Source: Candidatus Nanopelagicales bacterium | GTDB taxonomy: Bacteria > Actinomycetota > Actinomycetes > S36-B12 > UBA5976 | Assembly: GCA_041687715.1 (NCBI GenBank) | Contig: JBDNJO010000021.1 | Span: forward strand, 4,895-68,894 | DNA: 64,000 bases | Direction of reading: 5' to 3' | Shown here: piece by piece, positions 53,824-64,000 of the stretch | Numbering within the stretch: position 1 is the first letter of the stretch | Layout: the number at the start of each line of letters is the position of its first letter | Translations under genes and position numbers: made by a program | The notes under the pieces: generated by a model | The model's database searches: none | What the model was told of the DNA's origin: nothing | Seen by the model: the letters and a program-made list of their open reading frames with translations, nothing else

Positions 53824-54969
53824 TTAAGCCAAAGTTCGCGCAATTGCTTGGCAAGCGTGGAACGCATCTAAATGCATTTCTTCCGAATCTGGATTTGGCC
53901 AAGAAGATTGTTTAGCAATAACAACCCCACGTGGCCGGTCAACATAAAGCATCTGACCATGAATGCCGATACCCATAATCACATCGGGATCTTCACCAGG
54001 CTTGTAACAAAATGATCGATAAACACCTTTAGGTAAGAAATCTTTAAAATCGCCAGTCTGCCATTGTGCGTAACTGCCATTTTCATAAACATCTTTTAGA
54101 AATGCGGGATCAATCGCGCCCATCCCACCATCGCGAATCATCATGCCGAATCGGGCAAGATCGCGAGGAATTGTTGATAGTCCACCAGCTGCGCGAGGGG
54201 ATCCCTGGCGGTCAACCGTTATGTGTGCTGGCGCTTCTGTGCCAATCTTTGCCCAGATATATTTTGAAAGTGCCTCGGCATAAGGCATGCCACTTGCTGC
54301 TTCAATTACCCAACCAACTAAATCTGTTGTTGGAGACAAGTAACGGAATTGCTCGCCGTGGCTTCCTTCTTTTTTACGTGCGGCAATGAACTCATGCAAG
54401 TTGGGTGCACCAAGCGGCGCTGGATACCAACCAACTGAATGTCGATACGCAATGATGTCTTCGCCAGGGGTGTAGTCCTCTTCGAATTGGTAACTGGCAG
54501 CCATGTCGAGCAAGTTGCGCACTGTGGCATCACCGAATCCACTGTCCGCGACTTCTGGAACGTATTTTTTCACCAAGGCATCAACATCAAGTAGACCTTG
54601 GGCAACTAATGCTCCTACAAGCATTCCGGTAACGGATTTAGTAACACTGAAAATCATGTGTGGCTCATCATCTCCCACACCTGGTGCCAACCATTCCATG
54701 ACTAGGTCTTCACCCTTTACAACAGTGAAGGAATCAGTATGAGTTGTAGTCAAGAAGTCAGCAAGCTTTGTCGCCCCATAATGCGCAGCAAAAACTACTT
54801 CAGCAAGTTCCGAGTTATATTTTTTAGCTAGTGGACGAGCGGTTTCAGCACAGTCGACCTGCGCTGTTGGGATTAATTCGCGAACGTGGCGAAATGACCA
54901 AAAAGTATTCTCTGGTAATAACCAGTTAGCTAAAGTGGGACGCGTCATGTAATTAGTATGACGCTTCAC
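53824..54969 (-). CDS. Beta-lactamase-fold serine hydrolase (class C / esterase-like)
   Basis: 381 aa. IFSVTKSVTGMLVGALV (S-x-x-K nucleophile motif). Alternative ATG at 54948 removes the 17-nt overlap with the upstream MFS gene. Confidence 0.75.
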   Translation of the reverse strand: MKRHTNYMTRPTLANWLLPENTFWSFRHVRELIPTAQVDCAETARPLAKKYNSELAEVVFAAHYGATKLADFLTTTHTDSFTVVKGEDLVMEWLAPGVGDDEPHMIFSVTKSVTGMLVGALVAQGLLDVDALVKKYVPEVADSGFGDATVRNLLDMAASYQFEEDYTPGEDIIAYRHSVGWYPAPLGAPNLHEFIAARKKEGSHGEQFRYLSPTTDLVGWVIEAASGMPYAEALSKYIWAKIGTEAPAHITVDRQGSPRAAGGLSTIPRDLARFGMMIRDGGMGAIDPAFLKDVYENGSYAQWQTGDFKDFLPKGVYRSFCYKPGEDPDVIMGIGIHGQMLYVDRPRGVVIAKQSSWPNPDSEEMHLDAFHACQAIARTLA

Positions 54970-56176
54970 GATCCAAATCGTGCAGACTTGGAACTGCCAT
55001 GATGACTAACTGGAACACAATCAAGATTGCAACCGCAGCGGTATACACCGGGCGAACCCCAAAGGCATCAACACAAACTCCTGTTACGAACATTCCAATC
55101 GGACCGCTGGCATAAAACAACGAAGTTTGAACGCCGAAAACACGACCTTGAATGTGTGGCGCAACACGCTGCTGCACAAGTGAGTTCATTAATGGATTCA
55201 TTGGACCCCAGCCAAGGCCAAGCAAAAATCCAGACACTGCAAATAAACCAATCGGTGGAAAGAACGTCATTGGAATCATGGCCAGGCTTGTTGCTGCGAG
55301 AGCGCCAATAACAATAGATCGTTTCCTAAATCGCGAAACTAGCCAAGGGTAGGCAAGCATCGATGCGATGCCGCCGGCCGCCATTGACGACAGCACATAA
55401 CCAAGTCCACGAGGGTCATCTATGTCTGAAAAATATTTTGGTAAAACAATAGATTCAGTTGGTAAGTAAACCATTGCCAAGAAAACAATAGAAATAGTCA
55501 AGTAGAACATTGCCTTGTCTGACTTTAAAACCTGCAGACCACGTAAGGTGCTAGACCAAAATTCCTCTTTGTCATCGATTGCTTCGCGATGCTCTAACCC
55601 AAGATCGCCGACATCCAAAAGTGCAATCAAGATAATGGCAAGTATGAAGGCAGCAAAAACTATCCACATGGAATTTGCAGCACCAACAATTGAAATTGCA
55701 ACGGCGCCAATTGCTGGGCCAAGTACCCAGCCACCTGAGAAAACTGCTTCATGCCAAGAGTTGAGTTTGTCCATTGATGTGTTACTTGCTTTGGCGACAT
55801 CTGGAATCAAAGATTTACGCGCTGTGTATCCAGCTGGATCAAATGCAGCGCCGAGTACCGCGAAGGTGGCAATTGAAGCGAATGTTAAGCCAAACAACGA
55901 TTCCCAAATTGGAAACATCATGACCGAAATAGCAGAAAAGAAATCAGAACCTATTGAAACCCGCTTGCGTCCGAAGTGATCAATGAGTGCGCCAACAAAT
56001 GGCGAGATAAAAATTCCTGGAATTGCCGAAAGTGCGACCACGATTCCAGCTTGGGTTGCGGATCCAGTGCGTTCGAAAATCAGCCAGGGAATCGTCACAA
56101 TGGTAATGGCATTACTTAAGCCAGATAGGGCATTTGCCCCTTCGAGTAGGTAAAGGGGGCGCCGACGCACTTTCAT
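54953..56176 (-). CDS. MFS transporter, MFS_3 (EntS / DUF894-like) type
   Basis: 407 aa, ~12 TM helices. LYLLEGANALSGLSNAITIVTIPWLIFERTGSATQAG...GALIDHFGRKR. Confidence 0.8.
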   Translation of the reverse strand: MKVRRRPLYLLEGANALSGLSNAITIVTIPWLIFERTGSATQAGIVVALSAIPGIFISPFVGALIDHFGRKRVSIGSDFFSAISVMMFPIWESLFGLTFASIATFAVLGAAFDPAGYTARKSLIPDVAKASNTSMDKLNSWHEAVFSGGWVLGPAIGAVAISIVGAANSMWIVFAAFILAIILIALLDVGDLGLEHREAIDDKEEFWSSTLRGLQVLKSDKAMFYLTISIVFLAMVYLPTESIVLPKYFSDIDDPRGLGYVLSSMAAGGIASMLAYPWLVSRFRKRSIVIGALAATSLAMIPMTFFPPIGLFAVSGFLLGLGWGPMNPLMNSLVQQRVAPHIQGRVFGVQTSLFYASGPIGMFVTGVCVDAFGVRPVYTAAVAILIVFQLVIMAVPSLHDLDREASY

Positions 56177-56391
56177 CTGGCCTTAACACATCCCTTTTTC
56201 GTGGCAGTATTTGGAATTTTGTCTAAATTTCCCGTAGTTATTGCCTTTTCTAGTTGCCAGCCTACCTCTTGTCCAAAGGCTCGTTTTGACCCACGCCCAG
56301 CAATGCAGGTAATCTAAGGAGTCGTTGTGCCTTTAGGCATAAGGAAAAACCGTAATTTTAACCCACTTAATTTATTCAAAGAAGGCTCACT

Positions 56392-56835
56392 GTGCGCACG
56401 TACTCACCAAAGCCAGGCGATGTGAATCGCGAATGGCATGTAATCGATGCAACTGACGTTGTTTTAGGACGTCTTGCGTCACAAGTTGCTGTGCTCCTGC
56501 GCGGTAAGCACAAGCCAATCTTTGCACCACACGTTGACACTGGCGACTTCGTCATTGTTATTAATGCTGAAAAAATTGTATTAACAGGACAAAAGCTTTC
56601 ACAGAAGATGGATTACCGTCACTCTGGTTTCCCAGGCGGCTTGCGCGCTACTAACTACATCGAATTGTTAGCAACAAACCCACGACGCGCAATTGAAAAG
56701 GCAGTCAAGGGGATGCTTCCGCACAATAAGTTGAGCGATGCTCAAATCACAAAGCTAAAAGTTTACGCAGGTCCAGCGCACCCGCACTCTGCACAGAACC
56801 CAAAGCCATTCGAGATTACTCAGGTAGCGCAGTAA
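56392..56835 (+). CDS. rplM: 50S ribosomal protein L13
   Basis: GTG start. [46 protein letters not shown]. Confidence 0.97.
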   Translation: MRTYSPKPGDVNREWHVIDATDVVLGRLASQVAVLLRGKHKPIFAPHVDTGDFVIVINAEKIVLTGQKLSQKMDYRHSGFPGGLRATNYIELLATNPRRAIEKAVKGMLPHNKLSDAQITKLKVYAGPAHPHSAQNPKPFEITQVAQ

Positions 56836-56874
56836 GCGCTCGCGGACAAATAGATTTTTACGAAGGGAAATAAC

Positions 56875-57378
56875 ATGTCAGAGAATGAAGTATTAGAAGT
56901 AGAAGTTGGCGGCGAAGCCGAAGTTGAGTTGACGGAATACACTTCCGAAACTCCAGCAGCGGCAGCACGCGAACCACGTAAAGCACCTGACACACCCGGC
57001 GCAGCCACTGGTCGACGTAAAGAAGCGATTGCTCGCGTTCGAATTGTTCCAGGCACCGGACGTTGGACAATTAACGGACGCACACTTGAAGATTACTTTC
57101 CAAACAAAGTTCATCAGCAACTTGTGAACGATCCTTTCAAGACTCTTAACTTTGAAGGTGCTTACGACGTACTTGCCCGCATCGATGGTGGCGGAATTTC
57201 TGGTCAGGCTGGCGCATTGCGTCTAGGTGTGGCTCGCTGCTTAAATGCCATTGATCTTGAAGGTAACCGCGCTGACCTTAAGAAGGCCGGCTTCCTTACT
57301 CGCGATGCACGTATCAAGGAGCGCAAGAAGTACGGCCTGAAGAAGGCTCGTAAGGCTCCACAATACTCAAAGCGTTAA
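56875..57378 (+). CDS. rpsI: 30S ribosomal protein S9 with a ~40-aa acidic N-terminal extension
   Basis: [24 protein letters not shown]...[19 protein letters not shown]...[18 protein letters not shown]. Confidence 0.96.
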   Translation: MSENEVLEVEVGGEAEVELTEYTSETPAAAAREPRKAPDTPGAATGRRKEAIARVRIVPGTGRWTINGRTLEDYFPNKVHQQLVNDPFKTLNFEGAYDVLARIDGGGISGQAGALRLGVARCLNAIDLEGNRADLKKAGFLTRDARIKERKKYGLKKARKAPQYSKR

Positions 57379-57381
57379 TCT

Positions 57382-58743
57382 ATGTCGGGCCGACTATTTG
57401 GCACCGATGGCGTTCGTGGTTTAGCGAACGGATTACTTACAGCTGAATTAGCAACCAATCTTGGTGTTGCTGCTGCGCAAGTTTTAGGCGAACGTGGCGA
57501 ATTCGATAAGCACAAAACGGATCGCCCATTTGCCATTGTTGGACGCGACCCACGAGCAAGTGGTGAGTTCCTGCAGTCAGCAATTTGTGCGGGCTTAGCC
57601 AGTGCAGGTGTTGATGTGATTGACGTCGGTGTTGTGCCGACGCCGGCTGTTGCCTTCCTGACTGATCACACTGGCGCCGACTTAGGCGTGATGCTTTCTG
57701 CCTCACATAATCCAATGCCAGATAACGGAATTAAGTTTTTTGCGCGCGGTGGTGTCAAGTTAGATGATGCGATTGAGGATGCCATAGAGGCTCACTTAAA
57801 AATAACAAATAATTTGCCGACAGGTTCTGGCGTGGGTCGAATCCGAAGTGATCACGATTTGATTGAAAAGTATCTGCACCACTTAACTGCCAGCATCTCA
57901 AATTCACTAGATGGCCTAAAAGTTGTCATTGATGGCGCCAATGGCTCAGCCTCCCTTGTTGGACCAGAAGCATTGCGAAGAGCAGGCGCTCAAGTCGTGT
58001 CTATTCACTGCGAACCTGATGGCCTAAACATAAATGACAAATGTGGTTCGACACACATGGAAGATTTATTTGCCGCAGTTATTGCGCATGGCGCTGATGT
58101 TGGCATTGCACATGATGGCGATGCTGATCGATGTTTAGCGGTGGACGCAGCAGGAAACTTCGTTGATGGTGATGAAATTCTGGCAATTTTGACTGTTGGT
58201 AGAAAAGCCCGTAATGAGTTAGTCGGCAATACGGTCGTTGCGACAGTTATGTCGAACCTTGGATTTAACATTGCTATGCGTGGACAGGGCATTGAAGTTA
58301 TCGCAGCGGCAGTCGGTGACCGCTATGTTTTAGAAGAAATGCGTAATGGTGGGTTCACGATAGGCGGCGAACAAAGTGGGCACGTAGTACTAAGTGAATT
58401 TGCAACAACTGGTGATGGTGTATTAACAGCGCTACATCTACTTTCGGAAATGAAGCGCACCGGTAAAACATTGGCCGAGCTTGCAAGTTTGGTTACAAAA
58501 TTGCCGCAAGTTTTAATCAATGTACCGAACGTTGAAAAGTCTGCTGTCACAAAATCAGAGGTAGCCGACGCCGTGATCCGAATGGAAAAAGAACTTGGCG
58601 AAACTGGTAGAATTTTGCTTCGCAGCAGTGGAACTGAACCACTGATTCGCGTCATGGTCGAGGCTGCAACTGCGCAACAAGCGCAAGATGTTGCACAAGA
58701 ACTTGCCGAAGTTGTCGCTACTCATTGCGCAATCTCGAAATAG
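57382..58743 (+). CDS. glmM: Phosphoglucosamine mutase
   Basis: RLFGTDGVRG...GVMLSASHNPMPDNGIKFF...AHDGDADR...GGEQSGH. Confidence 0.95.
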   Translation: MSGRLFGTDGVRGLANGLLTAELATNLGVAAAQVLGERGEFDKHKTDRPFAIVGRDPRASGEFLQSAICAGLASAGVDVIDVGVVPTPAVAFLTDHTGADLGVMLSASHNPMPDNGIKFFARGGVKLDDAIEDAIEAHLKITNNLPTGSGVGRIRSDHDLIEKYLHHLTASISNSLDGLKVVIDGANGSASLVGPEALRRAGAQVVSIHCEPDGLNINDKCGSTHMEDLFAAVIAHGADVGIAHDGDADRCLAVDAAGNFVDGDEILAILTVGRKARNELVGNTVVATVMSNLGFNIAMRGQGIEVIAAAVGDRYVLEEMRNGGFTIGGEQSGHVVLSEFATTGDGVLTALHLLSEMKRTGKTLAELASLVTKLPQVLINVPNVEKSAVTKSEVADAVIRMEKELGETGRILLRSSGTEPLIRVMVEAATAQQAQDVAQELAEVVATHCAISK

Positions 58744-58771
58744 CACATTAGTTACAGATAGACTTAAAACT

Positions 58772-60613
58772 ATGTGCGGAATCGTTGGTTATGTTGGTCC
58801 GCAACAAGCCCAGAATGTAGTTATCGAAGGTTTACGTCGCCTCGAATACCGCGGGTATGACTCAGCTGGAATTGCAATTGTTTCTGATCACGCCATCCAG
58901 AGTCGTAAGAAAGCTGGCAAGTTAGCGAACCTTGAAGCCGAGTTGCTGGCAAGTCCGATTTCTGGATCCAATACTGGAATTGGTCACACTCGTTGGGCCA
59001 CTCATGGTGCGCCAAATGATGTCAATGCTCATCCACATGTGAGTGAAGATGGCAGGATTGCGGTAATCCATAACGGCATTATCGAAAACTTTGCGATGCT
59101 TCGTGACAAATTAATTGCCGAAGGCGTGACGCTGCGCAGCCAAACTGACACAGAAGTCGTTGCCCACTTGTTGTCAAAGCAAATGAAATCTACCCCTGGC
59201 TTAGCTGACGCGTTACGTGAAGTTTGCCAAGTGCTAACTGGTGCATTCACTTTAGTGGTTGTGCATGCAGATACCCCTGACGTCGTTGTTGCAGCCAGAC
59301 GAAATTCGCCACTTGTAGTTGGACGTGGTGTTGGTGAGAATTTCTTAGCATCAGATGTTGCGGCATTTATCGCGCACACAAGAAATGCCATCGAACTTGG
59401 CCAAGATCAGATTGTGGAGATCACGCCGAACTCAATTGAAGTAACAGATTTCTTCGGTAAGCCCGCTCCGTTCACTGAGTATGAAGTTACATGGGACGCG
59501 GCAGCTGCCGAAAAAGGTGGCTTTGATTTATTCATGCTCAAAGAAATTGCAGAGCAGCCTAAAGCTGTTGCAGATACTCTTCTTGGGCGCATCGACAAGG
59601 CTGGCAAAGTAACACTTGACGATCTTGGACTTGATGATGAGTACTTAAAGTCCATCGACAAAATTGTGATTACCGCCTGTGGAACTGCGTATCACTCTGG
59701 CTTAATTGCTAAGTACGCCATAGAGCATTGGACTCGAATTCCATGTGAAGTAGAACTTGCGAGTGAATTTAGATATCGCGACCCGATTTTGACTCCGACA
59801 ACTTTGGTAGTTGCCATCAGTCAATCTGGGGAAACCATGGACACTCTTATGGCTATGCGTTATGCCCGTGAACAAGGCGCAAAAGTATTAGCCATTTGCA
59901 ATAGCAATGGTTCAACAATTCCTCGCGAGAGCGACGCTGTGGTTTACACGCATGCTGGCCCCGAGATCGCAGTCGCATCGACAAAAGCATTCCTAACTCA
60001 AATTGTTGCTTGCTACCTGTTCGCCATGTACCTAGCGCAAACCCGAGGCACGGGCTTTGGCGCAGATGCGGCAAAAGTGGCTCTGGAATTAAATGACATG
60101 CCGAATTTGATTGACTTAGTTCTCGATACCAGCGAAGGCGTAAAAGCTATTGCCAAGGAATTAATTGACAAGCAATCTGTACTATTTCTTGGCCGAAGCG
60201 TTGGATTCCCAGTTGCACTTGAAGGTGCGTTAAAACTTAAAGAACTTGCATACATGCACGCAGAAGGCTTTGCGGCTGGCGAACTTAAGCATGGACCAAT
60301 CGCATTGATCGAAGAGGGTATTCCAGTCTTTGTTGTGGTCCCACCAAAAGATGATGAACTTCACGACAAAATTGTTTCCAACATTCAAGAAGTTCGTGCT
60401 CGTGGCGCCTTAACAATTGTCTTGGCGGAAGAAGGCGATGAGTCAATTAATGAATTTGCTGACCACATTATTCGCTTGCCAAAATGCCCAGCTTTAATGC
60501 AGCCATTAGTTGCAACTGTGCCGCTACAAATCTTCTCGTGTGAGATGGCAACAGTTAAGGGTTATGACGTGGATCAGCCACGGAATCTGGCCAAGAGTGT
60601 GACAGTTGAATAA
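58772..60613 (+). CDS. glmS: Glutamine--fructose-6-phosphate aminotransferase
   Basis: ATG 58772 gives MCGIVGYVGPQQ (N-terminal Cys nucleophile). Two SIS domains, ending KSVTVE. The track ORF start (58688) extends into glmM. Confidence 0.97.
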   Translation: MCGIVGYVGPQQAQNVVIEGLRRLEYRGYDSAGIAIVSDHAIQSRKKAGKLANLEAELLASPISGSNTGIGHTRWATHGAPNDVNAHPHVSEDGRIAVIHNGIIENFAMLRDKLIAEGVTLRSQTDTEVVAHLLSKQMKSTPGLADALREVCQVLTGAFTLVVVHADTPDVVVAARRNSPLVVGRGVGENFLASDVAAFIAHTRNAIELGQDQIVEITPNSIEVTDFFGKPAPFTEYEVTWDAAAAEKGGFDLFMLKEIAEQPKAVADTLLGRIDKAGKVTLDDLGLDDEYLKSIDKIVITACGTAYHSGLIAKYAIEHWTRIPCEVELASEFRYRDPILTPTTLVVAISQSGETMDTLMAMRYAREQGAKVLAICNSNGSTIPRESDAVVYTHAGPEIAVASTKAFLTQIVACYLFAMYLAQTRGTGFGADAAKVALELNDMPNLIDLVLDTSEGVKAIAKELIDKQSVLFLGRSVGFPVALEGALKLKELAYMHAEGFAAGELKHGPIALIEEGIPVFVVVPPKDDELHDKIVSNIQEVRARGALTIVLAEEGDESINEFADHIIRLPKCPALMQPLVATVPLQIFSCEMATVKGYDVDQPRNLAKSVTVE

Positions 60614-60664
60614 CTAAAGTAAGTTCGAGTTTGAAAAATCCAGTATTAACGGCAAGGTTAAGTC

Positions 60665-61033
60665 ATGGCAATTGTAGGTATCGGCGTTGACGTTGTTGAC
60701 CTAGCGCGCTTTTCCAGCCTGGTAGATCGAACCCCACAAATCATTGATCGCTTATTCACAAAAGAAGAGCAAGTAAGCGCCGACGGTCACCAATTGCCAC
60801 TCATATCTTTAGCTGGAAGATTTGCCGTAAAAGAAGCTGTTGCTAAAGCGTTAGGTGCGCCGGCAGGTATGGCTTGGCATGATTGTGAAGTTAGCAATGG
60901 TGGCGCACCAACAATTTCGATTAGCGGCACGGTCGCGCAGGTAGCTACAAAACTTTCAATTACGAACTGGCATGTCTCAATAAGTCATGATGGTCCTGTG
61001 GCAATTGCATATGTGATCGCGGAAAAGATCTAG
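60665..61033 (+). CDS. acpS: Holo-[acyl-carrier-protein] synthase
   Basis: MAIVGIGVDVVDLARF...RFAVKEAVAKAL...ISISHDG. Confidence 0.9.
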   Translation: MAIVGIGVDVVDLARFSSLVDRTPQIIDRLFTKEEQVSADGHQLPLISLAGRFAVKEAVAKALGAPAGMAWHDCEVSNGGAPTISISGTVAQVATKLSITNWHVSISHDGPVAIAYVIAEKI

Positions 61034-61049
61034 GGGAAGTGAATCAAAA

Positions 61050-62183
61050 GTGACTGCACATGTAACTGCTCGCATTGACCTCGGCGCACTCGCACATAAC
61101 GTTCGGGTTTTGAAAACTCGCATTGATGGTCGCAAACTTATGGTCGTAGTAAAAGCTGATGCTTATGGACACGGACTTGTTAAATGTGGCCAAGCTGCTG
61201 TTAACGCTGGCGCAGATTATTTAGGAGTTGCACTTTTAGAAGAAGGTGTTGCGTTGCGTGAAGGTGGTGTGCCAGGCCCAATTCTTGCTTGGTTAAATAC
61301 CCCACACGATCGATTTGCTGAATGCATAGCGCGCGACATTGATCTTGGTGTTAATTCTTTAGCGACTTTGAAAGAGATATCTAATGCTGCCTATTCCGTT
61401 GATCGAGTGGCTCGGTTGCATGTAAAAGTTGATACTGGATTGCATCGAAATGGAGTTTTGTTAGCTGATCTCCCAGAATTGATTACGGCGCTAACAAGAG
61501 CTGAAGCAGAAGGAACTGTAAAAGTTGTTGGCGTGATGTCTCACTTTGCTTATGCTGATGAACCGAGCAATCCGACTATTACGGCGCAAATTGCTGAATT
61601 TAAATCTGCTGTGGACCAACTAGATGCCGCTGGATTTGAATTGGAAGTTCGACACCTTGCTAACTCAGCTGCGACTTTGGGACTATCGCAGGCTTACTTT
61701 GACATGGTTCGCCCAGGTGTAGCGGCCTACGGAGTATCACCTGGCGAAGAAGTTGGCCGCGCTTTAGATTTTGACTTGAAACCTGTTATGACTTTGTGCG
61801 CGCCGATTTCATTACTTAAAAATGTGCCAGCAGGTTCTGGCGTTTCCTACGCACATCAATACCACACCACAAGTGATACGACCTTGGCTCTAATTCCTGC
61901 TGGGTATGCAGACGGTGTTCCACGTAGCGCCTCAGGCAAAGGACCAGTTTTAGTGGGCGGGGAAATTCGTAAAGTAGCTGGTCGAATTTGTATGGACCAA
62001 TTCGTGCTCGATGTTGGTGGACTAAACGTTGGACTAAGTCAGGAAGTTATTCTCTTTGGCGATCCGGCACGCGGCGAACCAAGTGTTGAGGATTGGGCCG
62101 AAGCTGCTGGAACTATTTCCTATGAAATCATCACCCGTATTGGGCCGCGAGTGCATCGCGAATTTATAAATAACTCTTGGTAG
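61050..62183 (+). CDS. alr: Alanine racemase
   Basis: GTG start. LMVVVKADAYGHG (PLP lysine)...MSHFAYADE...VSYAH...ISYEIITRIGPRV. Confidence 0.93.
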   Translation: MTAHVTARIDLGALAHNVRVLKTRIDGRKLMVVVKADAYGHGLVKCGQAAVNAGADYLGVALLEEGVALREGGVPGPILAWLNTPHDRFAECIARDIDLGVNSLATLKEISNAAYSVDRVARLHVKVDTGLHRNGVLLADLPELITALTRAEAEGTVKVVGVMSHFAYADEPSNPTITAQIAEFKSAVDQLDAAGFELEVRHLANSAATLGLSQAYFDMVRPGVAAYGVSPGEEVGRALDFDLKPVMTLCAPISLLKNVPAGSGVSYAHQYHTTSDTTLALIPAGYADGVPRSASGKGPVLVGGEIRKVAGRICMDQFVLDVGGLNVGLSQEVILFGDPARGEPSVEDWAEAAGTISYEIITRIGPRVHREFINNSW

Positions 62184-62187
62184 TTCG

Positions 62188-62673
62188 ATGAACATTTTAA
62201 TTTCATCGTCGAAAGACATGCAGACGCTTGGCGCTCGAGTCGCAGAACTGCTTGTTGCTGGGGACGTTGTTGTTCTAGACGGTCCACTTGGCGCAGGTAA
62301 AACCACTTTTGCCCAAGGTTTAGCAGAACAGCTTGGTGTGCAAGGACGTGTCACTAGTCCAACATTTGTCGTCTCGCGAATTCATAACGCAAAACCTGGT
62401 GGCCTTGCCCTAGTTCACGTTGATGCCTACCGACTCGTTGGACCAAACGATTTAGTTGATCTGGATTTGGACAATGTCGAAAATGCTGTTTTTTTAATTG
62501 AGTGGGGCTCGCCATACGTTGCAAGTTTTACTGACAACTGGCTAGAACTTCGAATTGATCGCAGTTTTGATTTAAGCGACATTGATGATGCATCCAGTGG
62601 ACTGCGACTTGTAGACATTGCAGCCTTTGGTTCGCGCTGGGCCAATATTGAATTAGCTGGATTAGCAAAATGA
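62188..62673 (+). CDS. tsaE: tRNA t6A37 biosynthesis ATPase TsaE
   Basis: VVVLDGPLGAGKTTFAQGLAEQLGV...SPTFV...HVDAYRL. Confidence 0.9.
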   Translation: MNILISSSKDMQTLGARVAELLVAGDVVVLDGPLGAGKTTFAQGLAEQLGVQGRVTSPTFVVSRIHNAKPGGLALVHVDAYRLVGPNDLVDLDLDNVENAVFLIEWGSPYVASFTDNWLELRIDRSFDLSDIDDASSGLRLVDIAAFGSRWANIELAGLAK

Positions 62674-63287
62674 ACGTATTGGCAATTGACACCTCAGTTG
62701 GTGTGAGCGTTTCAGTCTTAACTAGCAATGGCGAGTTAACACATGCCATTTCCTCTGCACATGGCATGCAGGGAGAACTCACCGCTGAGCTAATTTCACA
62801 GACGATATCTAACGCAGGAATTACCATTGCGGAAATTTCTGATGTCGTAATTGGTGTTGGCCCGGGGCCATTTACTGGGTTGCGCGTTGGGATCGTAACT
62901 GCTGTGGTGTTTGGTTATGCCAGAGATATTCCAGTTCATGGCATCTGCTCATTAGACGCGGTTTCATTTGATTACGGCAAGCCCTGCATTGTTGTAACTG
63001 ATGCCAGGCGAAAAGAACTTTACTGGGCGCAATTTAATGGCGGACGTATTGGCGAGCCACAAGTTACAAAACCTGACGTATTAGCAACCCAATTTTCGGG
63101 CATGGATTTTGTCGGTCCGGGCGCTCAGTTGTATCCAGAATTTATTAATGGCCAAGTCATAAAATTACGAGCTGGCGCTTTAGCGCAGTTATTTGCTACA
63201 GGAAGCGCGCAACTTGTTGAAGTAAAGCCGATGTACTTGCGCAAGCCAGATGCAGTAGAGCCGACTATTCGAAAGTCGGTACTTTGA
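62670..63287 (+). CDS. tsaB: tRNA t6A37 biosynthesis protein TsaB
   Basis: MNVLAIDTSVGVSVSV...VGVGPGPFTGLRVGI. ATGA overlap with tsaE. Confidence 0.88.
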   Translation: MNVLAIDTSVGVSVSVLTSNGELTHAISSAHGMQGELTAELISQTISNAGITIAEISDVVIGVGPGPFTGLRVGIVTAVVFGYARDIPVHGICSLDAVSFDYGKPCIVVTDARRKELYWAQFNGGRIGEPQVTKPDVLATQFSGMDFVGPGAQLYPEFINGQVIKLRAGALAQLFATGSAQLVEVKPMYLRKPDAVEPTIRKSVL

Positions 63288-63739
63288 TGGTTGAGATCCG
63301 CCCTATGACGAAAGCTGATGTCCCAGCAGTAAAAATTATCGAAGATGACCTATTTCCAATCGATGCGTGGACTGAATCACTTTTCTTAGATGAATTAGCG
63401 CAAGTATTACTGTCTCGAGAAGTTGCAGTAGCCGTTAATGCCGATCTTATTGTTGGCTATGCCTCGTTTCGCTATGTTGGCAAACAAGGCGACATTAATA
63501 CCGTGGCAGTTTCTCGGTCAGCGCAAGGTAAAGGTATTGGCACGATGTTGATGGATTGGCTAGAAGCGCAGGCAGAAAAGTATAAAGTCCGAGAAATCTT
63601 TCTTGAAGTCCGTAGCGATAATGAAGCCGCAATTGCGATGTATACCGCGCGAGATTATCAACGAATCGACATCCGGCGAAATTATTACGGGAACACAATT
63701 GATGCAATCATTATGCGCAAGAAGGTGAACAATGTCTGA
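63284..63739 (+). CDS. rimI: Ribosomal-protein-alanine N-acetyltransferase (GNAT)
   Basis: [17 protein letters not shown]...[21 protein letters not shown]. It sits between tsaB and tsaD. Confidence 0.85.
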   Translation: MMVEIRPMTKADVPAVKIIEDDLFPIDAWTESLFLDELAQVLLSREVAVAVNADLIVGYASFRYVGKQGDINTVAVSRSAQGKGIGTMLMDWLEAQAEKYKVREIFLEVRSDNEAAIAMYTARDYQRIDIRRNYYGNTIDAIIMRKKVNNV

Positions 63740-64000
63740 GCCATTGATTTTGGGTATTGAAACTTCTTGCGACGAAACAGGAATTGGTATTGTCCGAGGC
63801 ACTACCCTGCTGGCAGATGAAGTTGCATCAAGTGTTGCTGAGCATGCCAGATTTGGTGGGGTAGTTCCTGAAGTTGCAAGTCGCGCTCACTTAGAAGCTA
63901 TGGTTCCAACAATTGAACGGGCTTGCCAAAGTGCCAAAATAAAACTTTCAGAAGTAGATGCGATCGCCGTTACTTCGGGCCCTGGCCTAGCTGGCGCGTT
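63732..64000 (+). CDS. tsaD: tRNA N6-adenosine threonylcarbamoyltransferase TsaD; 5' part only, runs off the window
   Basis: Read directly: [23 protein letters not shown]...[19 protein letters not shown] 63732 overlaps the rimI 3' end. Confidence 0.92.
   Translation, partial: MSEPLILGIETSCDETGIGIVRGTTLLADEVASSVAEHARFGGVVPEVASRAHLEAMVPTIERACQSAKIKLSEVDAIAVTSGPGLAGA

Overview
This window is the conserved actinobacterial transcription/translation 'superoperon' region. About 60 kb is core genes in the order known from Mycobacterium and Streptomyces:
- greA / Rv1081c-like / mca
- secA
- tRNA-Trp-secE-nusG-rplKA
- rplJL-rpoBC
- rpsL-rpsG-fusA-tuf
- the S10-spc-alpha ribosomal operons with secY-adk-map-infA-rpmJ
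- truA
- rplM-rpsI-glmM-glmS
- acpS-alr-tsaE-tsaB-rimI-tsaD

By eye, GC is moderate and intergenic spacers are tiny. Several convergent genes abut or overlap. This fits a streamlined, mycothiol-using actinobacterium, possibly of the freshwater Nanopelagicales type; that placement is an inference and was not computed.

I saw no rRNA genes, CRISPR arrays, transposases or integrases. Non-core content sits in a few slots between the core operons:
- **rplA / rplJ gap:** a small opposite-strand two-gene toxin-antitoxin-like cassette. It has twin perfect palindromic operators, and its first ORF is interrupted by an in-frame TGA.
- **Orphan Tad-type pair:** a CpaB/SAF protein and a TadZ/Ssd-like protein with no pilus ATPase or platform genes nearby. 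Next to them are an unassignable 203-aa ORF and an inverted pair of DnaA-box-like sites.
- **rpoC / rpsL gap:** a beta-carbonic anhydrase and a nucleoside deoxyribosyltransferase-like gene.
- **truA / rplM gap:** an islet of ABC-F ATPase, ABM-fold protein, serine hydrolase and MFS_3 transporter. It contains a 35-bp tandem repeat (about 4.6 to 4.9 copies) that starts inside the 3' end of the ABM gene.

No large new multi-gene system is evident. The cassette with its operators and the tandem repeat are the most unusual elements.
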